From: Trinickia symbiotica
GTDB taxonomy: Bacteria; Pseudomonadota; Gammaproteobacteria; Burkholderiales; Burkholderiaceae
Length of the DNA: 24,000 bases
Reading direction: 5' to 3'
NCBI RefSeq assembly: GCF_002934455.1
Contig: NZ_PTIR01000012.1
Span: 133,265 to 157,264, forward strand
The stretch's first letter is position 1. Each line of letters starts with the position of its first letter. Position numbers and translations under genes: made by a program. Under the pieces are notes generated by a model, which saw only the letters and a list, made by a program, of their open reading frames with translations, was not told the DNA's origin and searched no databases. Positions 1 through 8,169 of the stretch are shown here, piece by piece.

Positions 1-1
1 C

Positions 2-499
2 GTCAATCCGTCCACGCCGATCGGTCCGCGCGACGTGCGGCCGACGCCGACCGGACGCATCATCGTCGAAGCGGCGCTCGGCAAGATTCCGGCATTCGTC
101 GATACGGGACTCAATCTCGTGCACGTCGACGACGTCGCCGCGGGCCATTTGCTCGCGCTCGAGCGCGGGCGCATCGGCGAGCGCTACATTCTAGGCGGCG
201 AAAACCTGCCGCTGCAGCAAATGCTCGCCGACATCGCAACGCGAACCGGCCGCAAACCGCCCACCATCAGCCTGCCGCGCTTGCCGCTCTATCCGATCGC
301 ATTCGGCGCCGAATGCGTCGCCAAGCTCACGAAGCGCGAACCGTTCGTGACCATCGACGGACTCAAGATGGCGAAGAACAAGATGTATTTCAGCTCGGCA
401 AAGGCAGAGCGCGAGCTGGGGTATCGCTCTCGCCCCTATCGGGAAGGGCTGCACGACGCGCTCGACTGGTTCCGCGAGGCCGGCTATTTGAAAGCTTGA
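2..499 (+). CDS. hpnA: Hopanoid-associated sugar epimerase (NAD-dependent epimerase/dehydratase, HpnA-like), 5'-truncated by the window edge
   Basis: The frame is open from base 2 (VNPSTPIGPRDVRPTPTGRIIVEAALGKIPAFVDTGLNLVHVDDVAAGH...) to the TGA at 497-499. The GTG at 35 in the ORF track is therefore internal. The C-terminal extended-SDR epimerase sequence and the hopanoid-cluster context support the call. Confidence 0.8.
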   Translation, partial: VNPSTPIGPRDVRPTPTGRIIVEAALGKIPAFVDTGLNLVHVDDVAAGHLLALERGRIGERYILGGENLPLQQMLADIATRTGRKPPTISLPRLPLYPIAFGAECVAKLTKREPFVTIDGLKMAKNKMYFSSAKAERELGYRSRPYREGLHDALDWFREAGYLKA

Positions 500-633
500 G
501 GCAAAGGGATAGAGGCGCAGGCGCGAGCGAAGGCCGGCCTCGTGCATTTTGTTACAACCTTGATCGGGATGGCGCGGGAAATGCGTCCGCGCGCCGTTAA
601 AATCGCGGACTCTTCTCGCGAACGAGAACGCGC

Positions 634-1134
634 ATGAACCTTCACGAACAGATCGGGGCGCTGGAAGCAAGCATCGATCAGATCAATGAGCTCAACCGGG
701 CCGCGCAAGCGGCGCTCGCGGCGGCCGCACAGCGTGAACCCGAGAAGGCCGACGCGGCCGACTCGCCGGCCCAAACGCCCGAAATCCCCGAAACGCGGGG
801 CACTAGCGACGATAAACCTACGCTGCGCGTTGGCCGGCCATCGCAAAACGAATTGACGCTCACGATCGGCTCGCAGAGCGTCACGCTGCGTCCCGAGCAG
901 ATCGGTCAACTCGTCGAAGAGCTCGCCAATGCGCGAGCATCGATGTTGCCCGAGGTCCCGACGACGATTGCGCAGGGATGGCAATTCGTCTCGACCAAGA
1001 ACCCGATCGTCGCCGTGCAAAAACAGGCGAATGGCGACCGGTTGCTCGTCGCTCGCCACACCGGGCACGGCTGGGTGCCATTTACGTTCTCGCCCGATAT
1101 GGTCATCCAGCTCTACATGATGCTGTCGAAATAG
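634..1134 (+). CDS. Hypothetical protein (166 aa): N-terminal helical/coiled segment, Pro/Ala/Glu-rich linker, and a C-terminal globular domain of about 90 aa
   Basis: ATG-initiated ORF with high third-position GC, like its neighbours. It fills the gap between hpnA and the convergent hpnB. No signal peptide or TM segment is visible, and I recognise no family. Confidence 0.6.
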   Translation: MNLHEQIGALEASIDQINELNRAAQAALAAAAQREPEKADAADSPAQTPEIPETRGTSDDKPTLRVGRPSQNELTLTIGSQSVTLRPEQIGQLVEELANARASMLPEVPTTIAQGWQFVSTKNPIVAVQKQANGDRLLVARHTGHGWVPFTFSPDMVIQLYMMLSK

Positions 1135-1234
1135 CAGCCGCGGCTCGCCTTCTCTTTCATTCGCCCGCCTCTGCCGCATCGCTTGGGCCTTCGCGGCGGT
1201 GGGGCGAGCCATGAAGCAACCCCTCAATGCAACG

Positions 1235-2410
1235 TCAACGATCTTGCACGGGCGCCTGCACGCGTGCCTTCCATTGGCCGCCCTTGCCGCGCCAATAGCG
1301 GATGGCGGACGCCAACGTCGCCCCGACGTAAAAGAGCGCGACAAGCGGCAGCGCCGGCGCCCAGTACGGCGAACGCCCGTAATAACGAAGCATCGGCGTG
1401 TAGGCGCAGCACATCGCGGCCCACGCGATCCAGGCGGGCCACCCCGGCGCGCCGAGCAACAGCGCGACGACGGGGGGCACAAGATAGATCACTGTCATGC
1501 CCGCGAGCGTGCCCGCGAGCAGCCACGGCGAATAGCGCAGCTGCGTGAAAGCCGTGCGCGCGATCATGTTCCAGATCTCGCGCGGGCTATCGTACGGACG
1601 CAGCGAGACGCTCTCGGCCGCGACGTCGAGCCGAATCGCATGGCCGCCCGAGCCGCGATGCTTGATGCGCGCCGCAAGGCTGCAATCGTCGATGAGTTCC
1701 GCGCGGATCGATTCGATCCCGCCGGCCTCCTCGAGCGCCGAACGCTTCACGAGCATGCATCCGCCCGCCGCGGCGGCCGTCTTGTTGCGCGCATCGTTGA
1801 CCCAGGCGAACGGATACAGCTTCGCGAAGAAGAACACGAACGCGGGGATCAGCGCTTTTTCCCAGAACGAGTCGCAGCGCAGCCGCACCATCAGCGAGAC
1901 CAGGTCGCGCTCTTCGTTCGTTGCGCGCGCAACGAGTTGCGTCACGGCGTCGGTCGGATGGCCGATATCGGCGTCGGTCAGCAACAAGTAGTCGGCTTCG
2001 AGACCGAGCGAGGCCGCTGCCGCGATGCCTTGCGATTGCGCCCACACTTTGCCCGACCATCCCGCGGGCAGGGGCTTCGCCGCCACGACGCTGAGCCGCT
2101 CGGCGCGCCCGAGCGCGAGCGCCACGGCGCGCGCCGCATCGGCCGTGCCATCGGTGCTGTGATCGTCGACGACGATCACATGGAAGCGGCCCGCGTAGTC
2201 CTGGGCGAGCAGCGATGCCAGCGCGTCGCCGATCACGTCGGCTTCGTTGCGCGCGGGAACGACCGCCACGACGGCGGGCCACGTTAGTCTCGACTCGAAG
2301 ACGACGGGCACCGGCGGCCGCGCGCGCCAGAAGCCGCCGCGCGCGAACAGCAGCACGCACCAGATGATGAGTGAGACGAGCGACACGCTGAAAAGCAGGG
2401 TCGTCACCAT
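1235..2410 (-). CDS. hpnB: Family-2 glycosyltransferase, hopanoid-associated (HpnB-like)
   Basis: It has an N-terminal TM helix (MVTTLLFSVSLVSLIIWCVLLF) followed by a GT-A fold with motifs VVPARNEADVI, VIVVDDHSTDGT and LLTDADIGH. The start is set at ATG 2410, which is preceded by GAGGA 7 nt upstream. The 412-aa ORF-track version adds an Arg-rich extension that is probably not translated. Confidence 0.8.
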   Translation of the reverse strand: MVTTLLFSVSLVSLIIWCVLLFARGGFWRARPPVPVVFESRLTWPAVVAVVPARNEADVIGDALASLLAQDYAGRFHVIVVDDHSTDGTADAARAVALALGRAERLSVVAAKPLPAGWSGKVWAQSQGIAAAASLGLEADYLLLTDADIGHPTDAVTQLVARATNEERDLVSLMVRLRCDSFWEKALIPAFVFFFAKLYPFAWVNDARNKTAAAAGGCMLVKRSALEEAGGIESIRAELIDDCSLAARIKHRGSGGHAIRLDVAAESVSLRPYDSPREIWNMIARTAFTQLRYSPWLLAGTLAGMTVIYLVPPVVALLLGAPGWPAWIAWAAMCCAYTPMLRYYGRSPYWAPALPLVALFYVGATLASAIRYWRGKGGQWKARVQAPVQDR

Positions 2411-2842
2411 ACCCGCGTCCTCGCCGGCATGAACAACGCATCGCGGCCGCCGGCGCGCGAATGCTCGGAGCAATCGAAGTTGATCGTGCTGACCAGGGAA
2501 CAGAACGAAAGGGATGAGCGCATCCGGTAATGAGAATGTAAGGTTGACGGCGAGACCGGTAGTTTAATGGGGTTTACCGGGAAGGCGGCGGGAGCGCGCC
2601 GGCGCCCGCTTCGCCGCTCATGGGCACGCGCAATGCGCAAGCACAATAGAAGCGCCATTGCCCTGCCTGCAACGCTCGAAAGGCGCTTTGAAGCGCTTGC
2701 GGCCCGATCGCGATAGAATGCGCGTTTGGATTCAGTCTGCCGGCTTCACGCCCGCTTTTAATAATAGTTGGATCAGGGCGATCAACGAGCCGCAACAAGT
2801 CGGCTTATTCGATACCCCGATCCAGTCGGAGTTCGCCAGAAC

Positions 2843-3781
2843 ATGCGAGTCATCCTTGCTCAGCCGCGCGGTTTTTGTGCGGGAGTCGTCCGCGCGATCG
2901 AGATCGTCGATCGCGCGTTGCAGCGGCACGGCGCACCCGTCTACGTGCGCCATGAGATAGTGCACAACCGGCACGTCGTCGAGAATCTGCGCAGCAAGGG
3001 AGCGCGTTTCGTCGAAGAGCTCAACGAAGTGCCGCACGGGGCCGTGACCGTGTTCAGCGCGCATGGCGTCGCTCAAAGCGTCGAGCGCGACGCGCAAGAG
3101 CGCGGCCTCGACGTGCTCGATGCCACCTGCCCGCTCGTGACGAAAGTCCATGTGCAGGGGCGCCAGTACGTGGCCGCCGGCCGCACGCTGATCCTGATCG
3201 GTCATGCCGGGCACCCCGAAGTCGAAGGCACGATCGGCCAGATTCCAGGCGAAGTGCTGCTCGTGCAGAGCGAAGCGGAAGTCGCGCAACTCGAGCTGCC
3301 CGACGATACGCCGCTTGCCTACGTCACGCAGACGACCCTCTCGGTCGACGACACGCGCGGCATCATCGATGCGCTCATGCGGCGCTTCTCGGACATCGTC
3401 GGTCCCGACACGCGCGACATCTGCTACGCGACGCAAAACCGCCAGGCGGCGGTGCGCGAGTTGAGCGCGCATGTCGATGTGCTGCTGGTCGTCGGTGCGA
3501 CGAACAGCTCGAACTCGAACCGGCTGCGCGAGATCGGCGCCGAAAGCGGCGTGCCCAGCTATCTCGTCGCGGACGGTTCCGAAGTGAAGCGCGAATGGTT
3601 CGCCAATGCGCAGACCGTCGGCATCACGGCGGGCGCGTCGGCGCCTGAGGAAATGGTCGAAAACGTCATCGACGCGCTACGCGCGCTCGGTCCCGTCGAA
3701 GTCGAGACGATGGCCGGCCGCGAAGAGAAAGTCGAATTCAAGCTGCCGTCGAAGCTCGCCGAGCCCGTCGCTGCACGATAA
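2843..3781 (+). CDS. ispH: 4-hydroxy-3-methylbut-2-enyl diphosphate reductase (IspH/LytB), a copy located in the hopanoid cluster
   Basis: [26 protein letters not shown]... is the canonical IspH N-terminus with the first cluster Cys. The sequence also contains [22 protein letters not shown] and SSNSNRL. At 312 aa the length is typical. The upstream part of the 337-aa ORF is non-homologous leader. Confidence 0.92.
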   Translation: MRVILAQPRGFCAGVVRAIEIVDRALQRHGAPVYVRHEIVHNRHVVENLRSKGARFVEELNEVPHGAVTVFSAHGVAQSVERDAQERGLDVLDATCPLVTKVHVQGRQYVAAGRTLILIGHAGHPEVEGTIGQIPGEVLLVQSEAEVAQLELPDDTPLAYVTQTTLSVDDTRGIIDALMRRFSDIVGPDTRDICYATQNRQAAVRELSAHVDVLLVVGATNSSNSNRLREIGAESGVPSYLVADGSEVKREWFANAQTVGITAGASAPEEMVENVIDALRALGPVEVETMAGREEKVEFKLPSKLAEPVAAR

Positions 3782-3797
3782 GTTCAAGGAGGACGCT

Positions 3798-4949
3798 TTG
3801 TCGATCCCACTGTTGCAGAAAGTCCGTGTCGGCGCCTATATCGCGCGCCAACACTTCTCGGGTAATAAACGCTATCCGCTCGCGCTGATGCTCGAGCCGC
3901 TCTTTCGCTGCAACCTGGCATGCAATGGCTGCGGCAAGATCGATTACCCGGACCCAATCCTGAATCAGCGCCTTTCCGTCGAAGAGTGCCTCGGCGCCGT
4001 CGATGAGTGTGGCGCGCCCGTCGTCTCGATCGCGGGCGGTGAGCCGCTGCTGCACAAGGAGATGCCCGAGATCGTGCGCGGCATCATCAAGCGCAAGCGC
4101 TTCGTCTATCTCTGCACGAACGCGCTGCTGATGGAAAAGAAGATGGACGACTACGAGCCGAGCCCGTACTTCGTCTGGTCGGTCCATCTCGATGGCGACA
4201 AGGCGATGCACGACCACTCGGTGTCGCAGGACGGTGTCTACGACAAGGCTGTCGCCGCGATTCGCGAAGCCAAGCGCCGCGGCTTCCGCGTCAACATCAA
4301 CTGCACGCTCTTCAACGATGCGCAGCCGGAGCGCGTCGCGGCATTCTTCGATACGCTGCACCCGATGGGCGTCGATGGCATCACCGTCTCGCCGGGCTAC
4401 GCCTATGAGCGCGCGCCGGACCAGCAGCACTTCCTCAATCGCGACAAGACGAAGCAGCTCTTCCGCGAGATCTTCAAGCGCGGCGCACGCGGCAAGAACT
4501 GGTCGTTCAGCCAGTCGGCGCTGTTCCTCGACTTCCTGGCCGGCAACCAAACCTACCATTGCACGCCGTGGGGCAATCCCGCGCGTACCGTGTTCGGTTG
4601 GCAGCGGCCCTGCTATCTCGTCGGCGAAGGCTATGCCAAGACGTTCAGGGAACTGATGGAAGAGACCGACTGGGACGCTTACGGAACCGGCAACTACGAA
4701 AAGTGCGCCGATTGCATGGTGCATAGCGGATTCGAAGCGACGGCCGTGATGGATACGGTCGCGCATCCGCTGAAGGCGCTCGGCGTCAGCATGCGCGGGC
4801 CGAAGATCGAAGGGGCATTCGCGAAGGACATCCCGCTCGACAAGCAACGTCCGGCCGAATATGTCTTCTCGCGCCACGTCGAAATTAAGCTCGAGGAAAT
4901 CAAGCGCTCGGGCGGCGCGAACAAGACGCGGACGGCTGCCGCGCACTGA
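3798..4949 (+). CDS. hpnH: Adenosyl-hopene transferase, hopanoid radical-SAM protein HpnH
   Basis: The radical-SAM motif CNLACNGC is present, along with very characteristic HpnH sequence (SIPLLQKVRVGAYIARQHFSGNKRYPLALMLEPLFRCNLAC..., GNYEKCADCMVHSGFEATAV). The start is assigned to TTG 3798, which lies 4 nt after a strong SD AAGGAGGA (3786-3793). The ORF-track ATG at 3606 lies inside ispH. Confidence 0.92.
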   Translation: MSIPLLQKVRVGAYIARQHFSGNKRYPLALMLEPLFRCNLACNGCGKIDYPDPILNQRLSVEECLGAVDECGAPVVSIAGGEPLLHKEMPEIVRGIIKRKRFVYLCTNALLMEKKMDDYEPSPYFVWSVHLDGDKAMHDHSVSQDGVYDKAVAAIREAKRRGFRVNINCTLFNDAQPERVAAFFDTLHPMGVDGITVSPGYAYERAPDQQHFLNRDKTKQLFREIFKRGARGKNWSFSQSALFLDFLAGNQTYHCTPWGNPARTVFGWQRPCYLVGEGYAKTFRELMEETDWDAYGTGNYEKCADCMVHSGFEATAVMDTVAHPLKALGVSMRGPKIEGAFAKDIPLDKQRPAEYVFSRHVEIKLEEIKRSGGANKTRTAAAH

Positions 4950-4988
4950 GCGGCTGATTTCGGCAGTCCACTCGTTCGAATGATCGAA

Positions 4989-5027
4989 GAAAGCGCGGCG
5001 AAGCGATTCGTCGCGCTTTCGCTTTGA
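4989..5027 (+). terminator. Candidate rho-independent terminator after hpnH
   Basis: The inverted repeat GAAAGCGCG (4989-4997) / CGCGCTTTC (5012-5020) encloses an inner CGAA[GCGA]TTCG stem-tetraloop. It is followed by a moderately T-rich CTTTCGCTTTG. Confidence 0.45.
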
Positions 5028-5056
5028 AGGGGCTTAAGGCGCGGCAGTCCGTCGAC

Positions 5057-6493
5057 ATGAAGCTCAAGACCAAAATCTTTCTGCTTGCGATTGTGCCGTT
5101 CCTCGTTGCCATCGCGGGAATCGGCATCGGCGTGCGCCTGCAGGCGACAGCGCTTGCAAAGGCGCAGCATGCGAGCGTCGAAGCGGCCTACATGTCGAGC
5201 AAGCAACTCGAGCTCAAGCACTATGTCGAGCTGGCGACCAGCGCCATCGCGCCGCTTTACGCGGCGAGCGCCGATACCGCGAGCGACGATGCGGCGCTGC
5301 GTCGCCAGGCGCTGGCCGTGCTCGAGAAGATGGATTTCGGCCCCGACGGCTACTTCTTCGTCTACGACATGCACGGCAATTCGCTGATGCATCCGCGCGA
5401 ACCCGATCTCGTCGGCCGCAATCTGTGGTCGTTGCGCGACCCCGAAGGAGCGCTCCCGATTCAGGAGCTCATCGCGGCCGCGGCGAGAGGCGGCGGCTAC
5501 GTACGCTACGTCTGGCATCGGCCGTCGACGAACCAGCTCGAAGCGAAGCTCGGCTATGTGGTGCCGCTGCCGCGCTGGGGCTGGATGATGGGCACGGGCA
5601 TCTATCTGGACGGCGTCCATGAAGCGCTCGCGCACATCGACGAAAGCGCGTCCTCGAATATCGGCCGGACGCTGACGTGGATCGGCGCCATCGCCTTGGC
5701 CGGCTTCGTCGTCATCGCCGCTTGCGCGCTGATCATCAACGTCACCGAGCATCGCAGCGCCGACGCGAAGTTGAAGCGGCTCGCGCGGCAGGTCGTCGAA
5801 TCGCAGGAGGAGGAGCGCGCGCGGCTTTCGCGAGAGTTGCACGACGGCATCTGCCAGAAGATGGTGTCGGTCAAGCTGCTGCTCGAATCGGCGCTGGCGC
5901 GTCTCGAATCGGCCGGTGGGCGCAATGCGCGAGTGCCGAGCGCGGAAGCGGCGCTTTCGACGGGCCTAGCCCGCCTCTCGGACGCATTGCGCGAGGTACG
6001 CGGCATCTCGCATGCGCTGCGCCCGGCGATGCTCGACGATCTCGGCCTTGCCGCCGCGCTGGAGCAACTGGCGCACGAGCTCGGCGACGAGACAGGCCTC
6101 GAAGTCGTATTCACGCGCCACGCGCACGGACCCGCGCGCATGCTGCCCGATGCGCTCAACACTGCGCTCTTCAGAATCGCGCAAGAAGCGCTGACGAACA
6201 TCGTGCACCATGCACATGCCGCGCATGCGACGCTCGAGCTTCGTCTATCCGAACATGCGGTGACCCTTTCGATCACCGACGACGGTTGCGGTTTCGACAT
6301 CGAGCGCGTGCAGGCAGACGCGCGCCGTGGCATCGGCCTGCGCAATATGCGCGAGCGCCTCGACGCGCTCGGTGGTACGCTCTTGCTCGCATCACAGCCG
6401 GGCCGCACCGTCGTCACCGCGCATGTGCCGCTCGCGAGCAGCATCGAACCAGACGCGCCTATCCAACCGGAGCAACAGGCTCGCAGCGCATGA
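5057..6493 (+). CDS. Sensor histidine kinase: periplasmic single-Cache (sCache_2-like) domain, HisKA_3 and HATPase_c (NarX/LiaS-type)
   Basis: Two TM segments (IFLLAIVPFLVAIAGIGIGV; WIGAIALAGFVVIAACALII) flank a Cache-like core (GYFFVYDMHGNSLMHPREPDLVGRNLW...YVRYVWHRP...GWMMGTGIYLD). The H-box is ERARLSRELHDGICQ and the ATPase motifs are QEALTNIVHHA and DDGCGF...GIGLRNMRERL. The start at ATG 5057 (MKLKTKIF) is preferred over 5024. Confidence 0.85.
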   Translation: MKLKTKIFLLAIVPFLVAIAGIGIGVRLQATALAKAQHASVEAAYMSSKQLELKHYVELATSAIAPLYAASADTASDDAALRRQALAVLEKMDFGPDGYFFVYDMHGNSLMHPREPDLVGRNLWSLRDPEGALPIQELIAAAARGGGYVRYVWHRPSTNQLEAKLGYVVPLPRWGWMMGTGIYLDGVHEALAHIDESASSNIGRTLTWIGAIALAGFVVIAACALIINVTEHRSADAKLKRLARQVVESQEEERARLSRELHDGICQKMVSVKLLLESALARLESAGGRNARVPSAEAALSTGLARLSDALREVRGISHALRPAMLDDLGLAAALEQLAHELGDETGLEVVFTRHAHGPARMLPDALNTALFRIAQEALTNIVHHAHAAHATLELRLSEHAVTLSITDDGCGFDIERVQADARRGIGLRNMRERLDALGGTLLLASQPGRTVVTAHVPLASSIEPDAPIQPEQQARSA

Positions 6494-7137
6494 GTACGCC
6501 CGCACCCGCCCCTCGTCCCGCCAAAATTATCCTCGTCGATGACCATCCGCTCGTACGGGACGGCCTGCGCCTGCGCCTCGAAGGCGTGCCGGGGCTCGAA
6601 GTCGCCGGCGAAGCGGGCAATGCGGACGAGGCGCTCGCGCTTGCCGAGAAGCTCGGCCCCGACCTCGCGCTGATGGACGTCGGCATGAACGGCATGAACG
6701 GCATTGCGCTCGCCGGCATCTTTCATGAGCGCTTTCCGGCGGTGCGAGTCCTGATGCTATCGATGCACGACAACATCGAGTATGTGACGCAAGCCGTGCG
6801 CGCAGGTGCGAGCGGCTATGTGCTCAAGGACTCGCCTGCCACCGAAATCGTTCACGCGATAGCGGCCGTTCTCGAGAACCGGACGTTCTTCAGTGCGGAC
6901 ATCGCGGCGCGAATGATTCAGGCGAGCGGACTGCAGACGCCTGCCGAGCGGCTGACGCCGCGCGAGCTCGAAATCCTCGATGCGCTCGCCGACGGCTTGT
7001 CGAGCAAGCAGATCGCCGAGCGTTACGGGCTATCCGTGCGGACCGTGGAGACGCACCGGCTCAATCTCAAGCGCAAGCTCGATATCGAAGGCCAGGCGGA
7101 GCTGATCAAGTTTGCCGTGGAGCGACGGCATCGCTGA
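6490..7137 (+). CDS. Response regulator transcription factor, NarL/FixJ (LuxR-type HTH) family
   Basis: The REC domain shows ILVDDHPLV, LALMDV (phospho-Asp), LMLSMHD and YVLKD. The C-terminal GerE/LuxR HTH shows LTPRELEILDALADGLSSKQIAERYGLSVRTVETHRLNLKRKL. Its ATG overlaps the kinase stop (ATGA at 6490-6493), which indicates translational coupling. Confidence 0.9.
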   Translation: MSTPAPAPRPAKIILVDDHPLVRDGLRLRLEGVPGLEVAGEAGNADEALALAEKLGPDLALMDVGMNGMNGIALAGIFHERFPAVRVLMLSMHDNIEYVTQAVRAGASGYVLKDSPATEIVHAIAAVLENRTFFSADIAARMIQASGLQTPAERLTPRELEILDALADGLSSKQIAERYGLSVRTVETHRLNLKRKLDIEGQAELIKFAVERRHR

Positions 7138-7191
7138 AGGGGCCGGCGCCGGGCGATCCGGCGCCAAAGGCGTTAGCCGACTCTGGCCCCT
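7138..7191. terminator. Nested GC-rich hairpin between convergent genes (possible bidirectional terminator)
   Basis: The outer stem is AGGGGCC (7138-7144) / GGCCCCT (7185-7191). The inner hairpin is GGCGCCGG-gcgat-CCGGCGCC (7145-7165). There is no clear U-tract, so the function is uncertain. Confidence 0.3.
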
Positions 7192-7790
7192 CATTCGGTG
7201 CGCGCGTTGTGCTTCTTGAGGTAATCGATGAGCGCAGGCACGCCGCCTTGCTGCAGTTGAGCCTTGAACTGCCCCTGATAGACCTGGATCAGCCAGGCGC
7301 CCGACATGTCGATGTCGTAGATCTTCCAATCGCTGCCGACCTTGCCGAGCCGATAGCCGACGGTCTGACTATCGCCGGGCGTGGTGACGGTCGACATGAC
7401 GAGCGCGTCGTTGACCGTCGCCGTTCCTTCCTTGAACGCAAACCTCGCGTCTTGCGAGCCGAGCTGCGCAAGCGAGGCGGCGTAAGTGCGCGTCATCAGC
7501 GTGCTGAACTGGCCGGTCAACTCCTTTTGCTGCTCGGGGGTCGCCTGATTGAATGCGGCCTGGCCGACGGCAATGCGCACCGTGCGCTCGAAGTTCGTCG
7601 AGGGAATGAAGTCCTCGTGCACGATCTGCGTGATCTTCGTCAAATCGCCGGTGCGCGCGCCGGGGTCTTTCTTCATCGCGTCCACGGTGCCGACGACCGC
7701 GTGCTTGACGACGTCGACGGGCGTGGTCTGCGCATGGGCGGCAACGCCGACGAACGAGGCCAGGAGAAAAGCGAACAGTTGACGTTTCAT
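7191..7790 (-). CDS. hpnM: Secreted MlaC/Ttg2D (toluene-tolerance) family lipid-binding protein, hopanoid-associated HpnM-like
   Basis: The signal peptide is MKRQLFAFLLASFVGVAAHA|Q. The MlaC-family core reads FIPSTNFERTVRIAVGQAAFNQATPEQQKELTGQFSTLMTRTYAASL...WKIYDIDMSGAWLIQVYQGQF. It is divergent from hpnN. Confidence 0.85.
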   Translation of the reverse strand: MKRQLFAFLLASFVGVAAHAQTTPVDVVKHAVVGTVDAMKKDPGARTGDLTKITQIVHEDFIPSTNFERTVRIAVGQAAFNQATPEQQKELTGQFSTLMTRTYAASLAQLGSQDARFAFKEGTATVNDALVMSTVTTPGDSQTVGYRLGKVGSDWKIYDIDMSGAWLIQVYQGQFKAQLQQGGVPALIDYLKKHNARTE

Positions 7791-8169
7791 GAATTACGCT
7801 TCGAGTGAAAAAAGTGCCGACCGGCAAGTCCGGCGTCCCGCGGCAGACCGTTTACACGGCCAGATCGCCAAGCAGCCGCTGGCAGTATACCGACCATTGG
7901 CCCCGTGGCATCTTGTTTGATACAGACGCTTTCAATCCGATACTGCCGCCGGCGCCGCGCCTTCCCGCCGTCCGCTCCCTGGAAGCGCACACGGGAGAGC
8001 ATCCGCCCATGCGTCGCGCATGGTACGTGCCCACGAAGGACATCCGGGCGCATCCCCCAAAGCCGCATCCGTGGCCCGCGATTTGCCGTACATGCAATCC
8101 GGGTGTCGCTCGCGCAGCCGGTATACTTAGACTCTTTTTGCTTATCCCGTCCCCGTTGCCAACCCTCTC

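Noticed and set aside
484-2287. Long ORFs 484..1482(-) 332 aa and 1199..2287(+) 362 aa
   Set aside because: They are antisense or out of frame relative to the hypothetical gene and hpnB. Their translations are Arg/Ala/Gly/Pro-rich with no domain-like sequence, which is typical of high-GC shadow ORFs.
3738-5842. ORFs 3738..4946(-) 402 aa and 4694..5842(-) 382 aa
   Set aside because: They are antisense to hpnH and to the Cache kinase, both of which have unmistakable homology on the plus strand. Their composition is Arg/Ala-dominated.
5677-6489. N-terminal 271 aa of the 486-aa ORF 5677..7137(+)
   Set aside because: This part is an out-of-frame overlap with the histidine kinase, and its sequence is Arg-rich nonsense. 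The real response regulator starts at ATG 6490, where REC-domain homology begins and which overlaps the kinase stop.
6682-6704. Tandem 9-bp repeat ggcatgaac x2 (+ggcat) encoding GMNGMNG in the response regulator
   Set aside because: It looked like a slippage insertion. However, the loop after the phospho-Asp has exactly the canonical length (compare D-L-N-M-P-G-M-N-G-L in NarL-type receivers), so it reflects substitutions, not an indel.
7906-7920. Sigma-54-like motif TGGCAT-N5-TTTGA upstream of hpnN
   Set aside because: The -12 element lacks the conserved GC (GG-N10-GA instead of GG-N10-GC). It is also about 250 nt from the start codon and no enhancer-binding protein gene is nearby. The evidence is too weak to call.
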